64,000 nucleotides of DNA from an uncultured bacterium (GTDB lineage Bacteria; Omnitrophota; Gorgyraeia; Duberdicusellales; CBEUCJ01), in the NCBI GenBank assembly GCA_965541615.1, contig CBEUCJ010000003.1:32186-96185 (forward strand). Reading direction: 5' to 3'. Numbering within the stretch: position 1 is the stretch's first letter; every line of letters starts with the position of its first letter. The notes under the pieces were generated by a model. It saw only the letters and a list, made by a program, of their open reading frames with translations. It had not been told where the DNA came from and did no database searches. Positions 38,225 through 46,463 of the stretch are shown piece by piece. Position numbers and translations under genes: made by a program.

Positions 38225-39075
38225 CTCAAAATCTCTGTACCTATTCCTTCATCTGTAAATATCTCTAACAACAAAGAATGAGGAATTAATGCTGAAATTA
38301 TATGCACTTTTTTCACACCTTCTTTTAAAGCTGATATTGCATTTTGAACTTTAGGAACCATACCTTGATTTATCACTCCTTCTTTTATTAATCTCTGAGC
38401 TTCGGGTTCAGTAAGGGTAGGGATAAAGCTATCTTCTGTATCTCCTCTCATTATCCCTCTTACATCAGTTAAAAAAATGAGTTTTTCTGCTTTTAATTTA
38501 GCTGCCAATTTTGAAGCTGATTCATCTGCATTTAGATTAAATTTTTCTCTGGTCTTTGAAATTCCCATTGGAGTAATAACAGGTATAAAATGCTCTTGAC
38601 AAGCTTTTAAGATTTTTTCAGGATTAACTTCTATAACTCTTCCCACATACCCTAAATCTATTTCTGAAACTTTCTTCTCAGCTATAAACACACAATCTTC
38701 TGTCTTGAAACCTCTAACATTTGCTTTATGAGAGCTTATCTCTTTTACTAAAAGATCATTTATTTTGTTTAACTCTTCTTCTACTATCTCTAAAGTCCTT
38801 AAATCTGTCTTTCTCATTCCTTCATAAAATTCTGTTTTTATACCCTCCTTTTTTAATCTTTCTGAAATTTGAGGACCTCCTCCATGAACTAATACTGGTC
38901 TAATCCCACTGAAAGCTAAAAACACTATATCTTCTAAAACTTCTTTTCTCACACGCTCTTCTCCTAAAATAGAACCTCCATACTTTATAACAAAAATTTT
39001 CTTATGAAATCTCTTTAGATAGGGTAAAGCTTCAATTAAAACTTGAGCTTTTTTGATGGCAGTTTCTAATTTCAT
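38221..39075 (-). CDS. argB: Acetylglutamate kinase
   Basis: VIKYGGS amino-acid-kinase start. Confidence 0.85.
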   Translation of the reverse strand: MKLETAIKKAQVLIEALPYLKRFHKKIFVIKYGGSILGEERVRKEVLEDIVFLAFSGIRPVLVHGGGPQISERLKKEGIKTEFYEGMRKTDLRTLEIVEEELNKINDLLVKEISSHKANVRGFKTEDCVFIAEKKVSEIDLGYVGRVIEVNPEKILKACQEHFIPVITPMGISKTREKFNLNADESASKLAAKLKAEKLIFLTDVRGIMRGDTEDSFIPTLTEPEAQRLIKEGVINQGMVPKVQNAISALKEGVKKVHIISALIPHSLLLEIFTDEGIGTEILR

Positions 39076-40265
39076 TTTAAATTTATCTTTACGTATTCAG
39101 AGCTCAAATCTGAAGTATAAAATTCAAAAGAAAAAGGTTTTTTAAAAAAATCAATCTCTATAGTAAATCTTTTATTATTTACAAGCCCAGTTACTTTATT
39201 TAAATTTTTGTAATTAGGTTCTCCTTTTTTGAAAATCTGATATTTTTTGTTTTCTGATGATAAAGAAATTGAAAAATCTGTTTCTCTTATTTTTAAAGAA
39301 GGAACAGCCCCTAAACTTTGAATTAATCTCCCTAAGTTAAATCCTGTGCAGAAAGATATCCTTAAAAGTATATTTTGACAGATAGCATCAAAAACTTTTT
39401 TTGCTTTGTTGAATTCTAAACCTTTTATTCTCACAGTTATAAATTTATTTGCTCCTTCAGCATCTTCTATTATTTTCTTTGAAAGTTCTTTAAAAACTAT
39501 GCTCAACTCTTTTTTAAATGCTTTTAAATATCTCTTGTTTTTGGTCAAATCTATTTCTGATAGTCCATTGCATAACAAAAAGACTGAATCATTTGTGCTT
39601 AAAGCTGAATCTACGTTTATTCTGTGAAAGGAATCCTGCAGGCAATCATTAACGATCTTATCTAAATTATTTCTGTCGATTTTAGCATCTGTTAATAAAA
39701 AGCAGAGCATAGTAGCAAAGTCAGGATGGATCATTCCAGCTCCTTTTACTATCCCTAAAATGTTTATATTTCTATCTTTAATTCTTAAAGAACTGCTAAC
39801 TATTTTAGGAAAAGTATCTGTAGTCATTATACTCTCAGCAAATTCTAATACTTTATAAGGAGAGAGATTTTTCAAAAGCCTATCAAAAGCTTTTTTTATC
39901 TTATCTGAAGGAAAGGGAATTGAGATCTTTCCTGTAGAAGCAATGAACACTTCTTCTTTTTTTAAAGATAATTTTTTAGAAATCTCTTTTACTAAATTTT
40001 GGGTCTCTGAAAAGTATTTCTTACCATTAGCACAGTTAGCATTTCCACTGTTTACCAAAATAGCTCTTTGAAAAGAGGTTTTTTTCATATTTTCCAAACA
40101 TACCTTTATAGAATTAGACTTTATATTGTTTTTTGTAAATTTTGCTAATGCTAAAGTTTTAGTAGCTGAATAAATGAGTCCTAAATCTCTCTTTCTTTTC
40201 TTTATCCCACAGTTTATGCCTGAAAATAAAAATCCTACAGGTATATTAATTTTTGAACCCTTCAT
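39072..40265 (-). CDS. argJ: Bifunctional glutamate N-acetyltransferase / ornithine acetyltransferase
   Basis: ATMLCFLLTDA autoproteolytic Thr site. Confidence 0.85.
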   Translation of the reverse strand: MKGSKINIPVGFLFSGINCGIKKRKRDLGLIYSATKTLALAKFTKNNIKSNSIKVCLENMKKTSFQRAILVNSGNANCANGKKYFSETQNLVKEISKKLSLKKEEVFIASTGKISIPFPSDKIKKAFDRLLKNLSPYKVLEFAESIMTTDTFPKIVSSSLRIKDRNINILGIVKGAGMIHPDFATMLCFLLTDAKIDRNNLDKIVNDCLQDSFHRINVDSALSTNDSVFLLCNGLSEIDLTKNKRYLKAFKKELSIVFKELSKKIIEDAEGANKFITVRIKGLEFNKAKKVFDAICQNILLRISFCTGFNLGRLIQSLGAVPSLKIRETDFSISLSSENKKYQIFKKGEPNYKNLNKVTGLVNNKRFTIEIDFFKKPFSFEFYTSDLSSEYVKINLK

Positions 40266-41259
40266 CTTCTTTAAAACCTAACATTATATTCATATTTTGA
40301 ACTGCTTGACCTGAAGCTCCTTTCATTAAATTATCTATGCAAGTCACCAAAATCAACAATCTTTCTTTCTTAAAAAATCTAAATCCTATATCGCAAAAAT
40401 TTGTATCATACACATCTCTTATTTGAGGCAAATATCCATCAAAATACACTCTTACAAACTTTTCATTTTTATAAATCTCAAAAGCTTTAGAAATATCTTT
40501 TTCAGCTACTTTGGGTTTGGTTTTTATATAAATAGTAGTAAGGATACCTCTGTTAATAGGAACCAAATGAGGTGAAAAATGAATCTTAATCTTAGATTTT
40601 GTGATTTGAGTCGCAATTGATTCTATTTCTGGAGCATGTTGATGGATTAGAGGTTTATAACATTTCAGATTTTCATTTACCTCACAAAAACTTAATTCTA
40701 AATTTGGCTTTCTGCCTGCTCCTGTTACTCCTGACTTTGCATCTACTATTATATCAGAATCTGTGAGTTTAAATTTTAGAACAGGCAAAACTCCTAACAA
40801 AACAGCTGTAGGATAGCATCCAGGATTTGCTACTAACATAGCTTTTTTGATTTTATCTCTAAAAAATTCAGGTAGACCATAAACTGCTTTTTTTAGGTTT
40901 TTGGTATCTGTGTGTTTAGTGTAATACTTCTCATATAACTTGGGATCTTTTAATCTATAATCAGCACTTAAATCTATTACAGGCTTTTTCTTTCTTAAAA
41001 TCTCTGGAACATACTTTAAAGAAACTTTATGCGGTAAACACAAAAAGATAAAATCTTTTTCTAAGATCTCTTTTAAATCTGGTTTTTTACATAAAATATC
41101 TAATCTTCCTTTAAATTCTTTAAATATCTCTGAATAAGGTGTATTTTTATCTAAGAGAGCCCATAGACCAGAAATCTTTACTCTGTGATGGTTGAGTAAA
41201 ATTGAAATTAATTTTTTACCTGTGTAACCTGTAGCTCCTACAATTCCTACCTGAATCAT
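40246..41259 (-). CDS. argC: N-acetyl-gamma-glutamyl-phosphate reductase
   Basis: GATGYTG. ANPGCYPT catalytic Cys. Confidence 0.9.
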   Translation of the reverse strand: MIQVGIVGATGYTGKKLISILLNHHRVKISGLWALLDKNTPYSEIFKEFKGRLDILCKKPDLKEILEKDFIFLCLPHKVSLKYVPEILRKKKPVIDLSADYRLKDPKLYEKYYTKHTDTKNLKKAVYGLPEFFRDKIKKAMLVANPGCYPTAVLLGVLPVLKFKLTDSDIIVDAKSGVTGAGRKPNLELSFCEVNENLKCYKPLIHQHAPEIESIATQITKSKIKIHFSPHLVPINRGILTTIYIKTKPKVAEKDISKAFEIYKNEKFVRVYFDGYLPQIRDVYDTNFCDIGFRFFKKERLLILVTCIDNLMKGASGQAVQNMNIMLGFKEDEGFKN

Positions 41260-41377
41260 TTTTGCCCAGAATTAATTCATTTTATCACAATTTTTACTCT
41301 TCTTGAATTTTTAAACTTTTATTTTTGTGGAAAAAGAGTAAAAAGAAGAACGTTAATAAGACTTTCTCTCAGAAAAA

Positions 41378-42199
41378 TCAACAAGAGAGTGTATTTATTA
41401 CTTCTTTTATAAAATCTTTATCTACTTCTAAAAACTTTATTCCTAAAAAATATTCTCCTTTATCGAGCATATTGCATCTTACAACTTGAGCTTTAGCTAT
41501 ATATTCAGAATTTTTAAAAAAGAACTTCACAGAAAGTTCTATTCCTGGAGGGAGGAATACAAAAGTTTTAACTCCCATTCCTTTCCCACTTTGGGATATG
41601 TCACATACAGTAGCTGAAATAGGAGCAGAAGAAATTAGTCTTATCCTGCTATCAGTAACCTTTATTTCTACAGGAAGATTTGCCTGTAACCTCTCTGACT
41701 CTCTACAAAAAATAAAATTAGATTTAGAAGAATAAGAATGAGTTAAGTACTCTTCCAAATTATACAACTCATCTTCTGGTCCAAAAAAATTATCTATTGC
41801 TTTTAAGATAGTTGTTGGTAAAGAAAATAGAGGAAAAACTTCTAATTCTGTTTTTACCTTTAGTTCTTTTATAAGATCAGCTTTTAAAGGATTAGCCATA
41901 GCTATAAAAAGAGTATTATCTACTTTAAAAAGTGGCACTAATAGATTTTCTCTATAAAATTCTTCAGAGAACAAACTCATTAATTCAGGATTAAGTTTGT
42001 AATCTGAAAGTCTTACTAAAGGAATCTGTGTCTGTTGGGCAAAGAAAGTATAGATATCTTCTTCAGTTAAATACCCTAACTTTATAAGTGTAGAAAATAA
42101 TGATTTTTTTATTTTTTTTTGTTCTTCTTTAGCTCTTAAAAGCTGTTCTAAAGTAAGATGAGTTTGTCTTAACAACCTTTCCTCTAAATCTTTTCTCAT
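41378..42199 (-). CDS. MshEN-like (T2SSE_N) domain fused to C-terminal PilZ domain; putative dual c-di-GMP receptor
   Basis: N-terminus DLEERLLRQTHLTLEQLLRAKEEQ-KKIKK-SLFSTLIKLGYLTEEDIYTFFAQQ (24+5+24 architecture). C-terminus RESER...DISQSGKGMG plus GIKF (PilZ RxxxR, DxSxxG). 4-nt overlap with the receiver gene. Confidence 0.55.
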   Translation of the reverse strand: MRKDLEERLLRQTHLTLEQLLRAKEEQKKIKKSLFSTLIKLGYLTEEDIYTFFAQQTQIPLVRLSDYKLNPELMSLFSEEFYRENLLVPLFKVDNTLFIAMANPLKADLIKELKVKTELEVFPLFSLPTTILKAIDNFFGPEDELYNLEEYLTHSYSSKSNFIFCRESERLQANLPVEIKVTDSRIRLISSAPISATVCDISQSGKGMGVKTFVFLPPGIELSVKFFFKNSEYIAKAQVVRCNMLDKGEYFLGIKFLEVDKDFIKEVINTLSC

Positions 42200-42753
42200 T
42201 TTTCTCCTTTTGGAGAAGAATATTTTCTCACAAATTGTGTAATTATCTCACAAATTTTTTTCTCATCTAACTTCACAGAAGTATTAGAAACAATATCAGG
42301 ATACTTTTCTTTAAGATCTCTTATCCACTCAGCTTGCTGACGAGCTATTTGTAATAAGAGTCTATTTTCTTTTAAAACTCTGTAGTAATCGAAAGCATGT
42401 TTTAAAAGAATCTTTAATTCTTCTGGATCTATAGGTTTTGTTATGTAACGCCAAATGTGAGCTTTGTTTATTGCCTCCATTGCACTGTTCAAATCTGGAT
42501 ACCCAGTAACGAGTATTCTAATGGTATCTGGATAGCGCATCTTTACTTTTAAAAGAAAATCTATTCCAGAGATTCCTGGTAAACGTTGATCACATAATAC
42601 TACCTCTACTTCTCCCTTTTCTTGTAATATCTGCCATGCTTTCTCAGCATTTTCTGCAGTAAAAATCTCTCTTTCTTCAGAAGCTAAAAGCCTTTTTAGA
42701 GAAGTGAGAATATGGGGTTCATCATCTACAATTAAAATAGTGTGTTTAGACAT
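42196..42753 (-). CDS. Response regulator receiver protein with ~60-aa C-terminal extension, no recognisable output domain
   Basis: ILIVDDEPH. LCDQRLPG phospho-Asp. LVTGY. ITKP. Confidence 0.8.
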   Translation of the reverse strand: MSKHTILIVDDEPHILTSLKRLLASEEREIFTAENAEKAWQILQEKGEVEVVLCDQRLPGISGIDFLLKVKMRYPDTIRILVTGYPDLNSAMEAINKAHIWRYITKPIDPEELKILLKHAFDYYRVLKENRLLLQIARQQAEWIRDLKEKYPDIVSNTSVKLDEKKICEIITQFVRKYSSPKGEK

Positions 42754-42771
42754 AATCTTCCTCCTCTAATA

Positions 42772-42972
42772 CTACTTTTTATGACTTAAATCTAAAAGAC
42801 TTAACGCAATACTAAAAAGCAAACACATTACTGAAAATCTCAAAATTCCAGTTGTAGTAATCCCCCAAAAGATTTTCTTTATCTCCAAAAGTCTTAATAC
42901 TACTCCTACCATAAAACTTACAAAAGCTATAGCTATAAACAAATCATCTCCTAATCTGTACATATTCTTCAT
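42772..42972 (-). CDS. Small two-TM membrane protein (paralog B)
   Basis: 66 aa. Ends ...LLFSIALSLLDLSHKK, about 45% identical to 43371..43574. SD-like ggaggtg 6 nt upstream. Confidence 0.4.
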   Translation of the reverse strand: MKNMYRLGDDLFIAIAFVSFMVGVVLRLLEIKKIFWGITTTGILRFSVMCLLFSIALSLLDLSHKK

Positions 42973-43003
42973 CTTTTACACCTCCTTTTTATTACAACAA
43001 ATC

Positions 43004-43366
43004 TCATATTTTAATAACTTTTCTTTCTTTATTTTTACTAATAAGTTCTTTAAAAAGAGAAGGGTAAACTTTAATAAATCTTATACCCATTCCTGAAGGT
43101 AAATGCTCTCCTTCATTATAATTTAATTGAGTTTCCAGTCTTCTCCAAACGACTACTCCTTGAATGTACACTTCCATTTCAGGTTCGTTTAATTTAAAAA
43201 GTAACTCCACTGGTGTGTTAGGAGGATCTGTTTTATTTGTAACCACAAAAGCACCTTGAGATGAAATATCTTTTACCTTTGCAAGTTGCCATATTCTTTT
43301 ACTTCTATATTCTACAGGAATTTTTAAAGGTATCCTTTCAAATTTTCTTTTATCTTTCATATTCAT
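43004..43366 (-). CDS. PilZ domain protein
   Basis: RKFERIP. DISSQGAFV. GMGIRF. Confidence 0.7.
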   Translation of the reverse strand: MNMKDKRKFERIPLKIPVEYRSKRIWQLAKVKDISSQGAFVVTNKTDPPNTPVELLFKLNEPEMEVYIQGVVVWRRLETQLNYNEGEHLPSGMGIRFIKVYPSLFKELISKNKERKVIKI

Positions 43367-43370
43367 TCAT

Positions 43371-43574
43371 TCATTCTTTTTTACTTAAATCCAATAAACT
43401 TAAAGAGATGCTAAAAAGTAAACATATCAAAGATAATCCTAAAAGTTCATCAGGGGTGATTTTCATAGAAGTCATTGCTTTTATTCCCCATAGTTTTGTT
43501 ATCCCCCCTATTACAAAGCTTATGAAAGCAAATATTACAAACAAATCTCCTCCTAAATTATAATTCTCTTTCAT
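43371..43574 (-). CDS. Small two-TM membrane protein (paralog A)
   Basis: 67 aa. ...LLFSISLSLLDLSKKE. SD ggaggtg upstream. Overlaps the HK stop. Confidence 0.4.
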   Translation of the reverse strand: MKENYNLGGDLFVIFAFISFVIGGITKLWGIKAMTSMKITPDELLGLSLICLLFSISLSLLDLSKKE

Positions 43575-44364
43575 AACTCACCTCCTTTTTAGGTAACACT
43601 ACTGTAAATGTAGCTCCCTTTCTATCTCTGTTTTCTACATCTATTCTTCCTTTATATTTTTTTATAATATCTCTACTTACATACAATCCTAAGCCTGTCT
43701 TTCCTTTCGTAGTAAAGAAGGGATCAAATATCTTTGGTATGATCTTTGGGTCTACTCCTCTTCCTGTATCTGAAATCTTTATATATAAATTTTCATCATC
43801 TTCAAAAGTAGAGATTTCTATTAATCCTCTACCATTCTCTATTGCCTCTGAAGCATTAAGAATTATGTTTAAAAACACTTGACCTAACTCAGTAGAATCT
43901 ACCCATATTTTGTCCTTAGCTTTATAATCTTTTATAATGTCTGCTTTATGCTTAATCTCATTCCACACTGCTCTTATTACACTATCTAAAAGCGTATTAA
44001 CATCTACTAAGGTCTTTTTTCCTCTTGCGCAGTGAGAGAAAAGGAGAAAATCTTGAACTACTCTCCTAATCCTGTAAGCTCCATTTAAACATTCTTCTAA
44101 GATTAAAGGTGCTTCTTCTAATCTTTGTCTTTGCTCAAGATAGCTTAAGAGGAGTTTCAAATTAACGATTAGATAACTTAAAGGATTATTTATCTCATGA
44201 GCTACACCTGCACATAAAGTCTTTAAAGAATTCATTTTTTCTTTATGAATATCATAAGCCTTTCTTTCTCTTTCACTTTTACTCTTTTTTTTATAGAGAA
44301 AGTAAAAGATGACAGCTATTAATGAGAAAGAAATAAAGAATATTAACACCATCTCATTTTGCAT
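43558..44364 (-). CDS. Sensor histidine kinase, minimal (one TM, no periplasmic/cytoplasmic sensor domain)
   Basis: H-box LCAGVAHEINNPL. N, G1, G2 boxes (DTGRGV, GLGL). Confidence 0.8.
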   Translation of the reverse strand: MQNEMVLIFFISFSLIAVIFYFLYKKKSKSERERKAYDIHKEKMNSLKTLCAGVAHEINNPLSYLIVNLKLLLSYLEQRQRLEEAPLILEECLNGAYRIRRVVQDFLLFSHCARGKKTLVDVNTLLDSVIRAVWNEIKHKADIIKDYKAKDKIWVDSTELGQVFLNIILNASEAIENGRGLIEISTFEDDENLYIKISDTGRGVDPKIIPKIFDPFFTTKGKTGLGLYVSRDIIKKYKGRIDVENRDRKGATFTVVLPKKEVSYEREL

Positions 44365-45619
44365 GCTTTACTACAGATATTAAATTCCATAAAGGTAAAA
44401 ATATCGCCAAAGCCATACCCATAACTACAACTCCCAAGACTGCTGTCATAATTGGCTCAATTAAAGAAGTTAAATTTCTTATCGTAGCTCTTACCTCTAA
44501 AGAATAATATTCACATAAAGAATCTAACATAGTAGGTAAAGCTCCTGTCTTTTCTCCAATTGAGATCATGTATCCTACTAATCTAGGAAATAACCTGCTA
44601 CCTAAAACACCTCCAGCTATTCCTTTTCCATCAGCTACATCTTTTTTAATATTCTCTATATCTTTAGATAAAATTACATTTCCAATCGTAGTCTTTACAA
44701 TGTTAAGAATAGTTAAAATAGGTAAACCTGCCTGATACAGGACATTTAACATAGATGCAAATCTTAACATTACTATTTTATTATAGATCTTACCAAATAT
44801 TGGCATCTTAAATTTTAAATTATCCCAGTACCATCTTCCTTTAGATGTATTTATTAAAAATCTAAATCCACTATAAAAAATAAATCCCATTACAAAAAGT
44901 ATTAAGTACCACGAAAATTTTAAAAAAACATTTCTACTCTCTCTCCATGGTCCTAATAAAAAGTTACTCACAGCTATCATTATTCTGGTAGGTAGAGGTA
45001 AACTCACTTTAAAACCTTGATAGATTCTAACAAAAGGAGGAACCACAAATACACTGAGCACAAATAAAGCTACAAAAAGAGCTATTATTACCATAATAGG
45101 ATACCTTAAAGCTGATTTTATTCCCATTTTAGTCTCTCTTTCTTCTTCTAAAACTTGAGCTAATCTTAACAAAACTTTATCTAAGACACCACCTGCTTCA
45201 CCTGCAACGACACTATTTACATACAATTCACTAAACACATGAGGATGCTTTGACATAGCTTCTGATAGTTTGTGTCCTTCTTCTATATCATGAATAATTT
45301 GATTAAGAGCTTCTTTTAAAACTTCATCTTCTGCTTGTTCAGTTAAAACTTTTAAACCTTCTATTATAGGAACAGCAGCTTTGACTATCGTAGCAAATTG
45401 GCGAGTAAAGACTATGAGAGCTTGGGAAGAGACTTTACGCATCCTTTTTTTAAAAAACCTCTCCCAGATAGAAGCAATATCTCTTTTGAATCCTATACTT
45501 ATTGGTGAATATCCTAACTTAGCAAGGTGGGTTGAGACTTCCAATTCATTTGCTGCTTCTAATTCTCCTTTAACGATCTTGCCTTGAGAGTCTATAGCTC
45601 TATAAATATACTTTCCCAT
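44354..45619 (-). CDS. GspF/PilC/MshG-family platform protein (second copy)
   Basis: 421 aa. Duplicated T2SSF domains, 3 TM segments. Confidence 0.85.
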   Translation of the reverse strand: MGKYIYRAIDSQGKIVKGELEAANELEVSTHLAKLGYSPISIGFKRDIASIWERFFKKRMRKVSSQALIVFTRQFATIVKAAVPIIEGLKVLTEQAEDEVLKEALNQIIHDIEEGHKLSEAMSKHPHVFSELYVNSVVAGEAGGVLDKVLLRLAQVLEEERETKMGIKSALRYPIMVIIALFVALFVLSVFVVPPFVRIYQGFKVSLPLPTRIMIAVSNFLLGPWRESRNVFLKFSWYLILFVMGFIFYSGFRFLINTSKGRWYWDNLKFKMPIFGKIYNKIVMLRFASMLNVLYQAGLPILTILNIVKTTIGNVILSKDIENIKKDVADGKGIAGGVLGSRLFPRLVGYMISIGEKTGALPTMLDSLCEYYSLEVRATIRNLTSLIEPIMTAVLGVVVMGMALAIFLPLWNLISVVKHAK

Positions 45620-45620
45620 A

Positions 45621-46463
45621 TTAACTGAGATTGAATTCTTTTATTACTGAATTTATAAATTGAGCATCTATTTTTGAGATCTTTTTAGCAAATCCTGAAA
45701 GCAGAACTAAATCACAAAGAGTGTTTATTTTTCTAGGGATGCCTCCTGTATGGTTAAATATTACTTTAATAGCTTCAGAATCAAAAACTGGTTCTAAAGA
45801 ACCTTGAGCTGGATTCTCAAGTCTGGCTACATTTATTCTATGTTCAATGTATTTGGCTACATCTTCTTCTGTCAAAGGTCCTAAGTGGCATCTTATAGGT
45901 ATCCTTTGAACAAAAGGTTTTATCATTTCTACTTTATCTTTGAGTTCGGGTTGACCTAATATAAGGAGGGTTAAGAGGAATCTATTTTCATTTTGAAAAT
46001 TCAAGATTAATCTCAAAGTTTCAAATATTCTCATATTCTCTATAGTATGAGCTTCATCTATAATTACCACGTTCTCCTTTCCTTCACGAATATTATCTAT
46101 GAGGATATTATATAGTTTTTCTAATAGAGGGTCAATTAAGAGCTCTGTTTTCTTTTCTGGTAAAGGTTGAGGACTTAAAAGTCTTACTATTGATCTTATA
46201 AGTTCAGAGGGCTCAGAAAACAAAGGATGGTTTATGTAAGCAGTACAGAATTTTTGAGGACCTAACTCTTTCAAAATTACTCTTGCTAAAAGTGTTTTTC
46301 CACACCCAAAAACTCCAGTAAGCATACCGCATCCCAAATTTTGAGCTATAACATAAGTAAGTTTCATTAAAGCATCTTCGTGTTGGGGAGAAAGATATAA
46401 AAATCTGGGATCTGGTGTATTTTGAAATGGCTTTTCTTTCAAACCCCAGTAACTTTCATACAT
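45621..46463 (-). CDS. ExeA/GspA/MshM-like AAA ATPase
   Basis: N-terminus MYESYWGLKEKPFQNTPDPRFLYLSPQHEDAL...GVFGCGKTLL parallels the ExeA/MshM N-terminus (FGL...PF...PDPRFLY...GxGKT). Confidence 0.65.
   Translation of the reverse strand: MYESYWGLKEKPFQNTPDPRFLYLSPQHEDALMKLTYVIAQNLGCGMLTGVFGCGKTLLARVILKELGPQKFCTAYINHPLFSEPSELIRSIVRLLSPQPLPEKKTELLIDPLLEKLYNILIDNIREGKENVVIIDEAHTIENMRIFETLRLILNFQNENRFLLTLLILGQPELKDKVEMIKPFVQRIPIRCHLGPLTEEDVAKYIEHRINVARLENPAQGSLEPVFDSEAIKVIFNHTGGIPRKINTLCDLVLLSGFAKKISKIDAQFINSVIKEFNLS

Noticed and set aside
41285-41352. Possible ARG box / ArgR operator or terminator hairpin upstream of argC (tttttactctt ... aagagtaaaaa; ttgaatttttaaac)
   Set aside because: The 11-bp AT-only inverted repeat is no better than expected in AT-rich DNA. 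TGAAT...AAAC does not form the TGAAT-N8-ATTCA palindrome of ARG boxes. Not supportable.
43261-43563. 100-aa plus-strand ORF across the PilZ/small-TM junction
   Set aside because: Antisense to two minus-strand genes that have SD sequences and paralog support.
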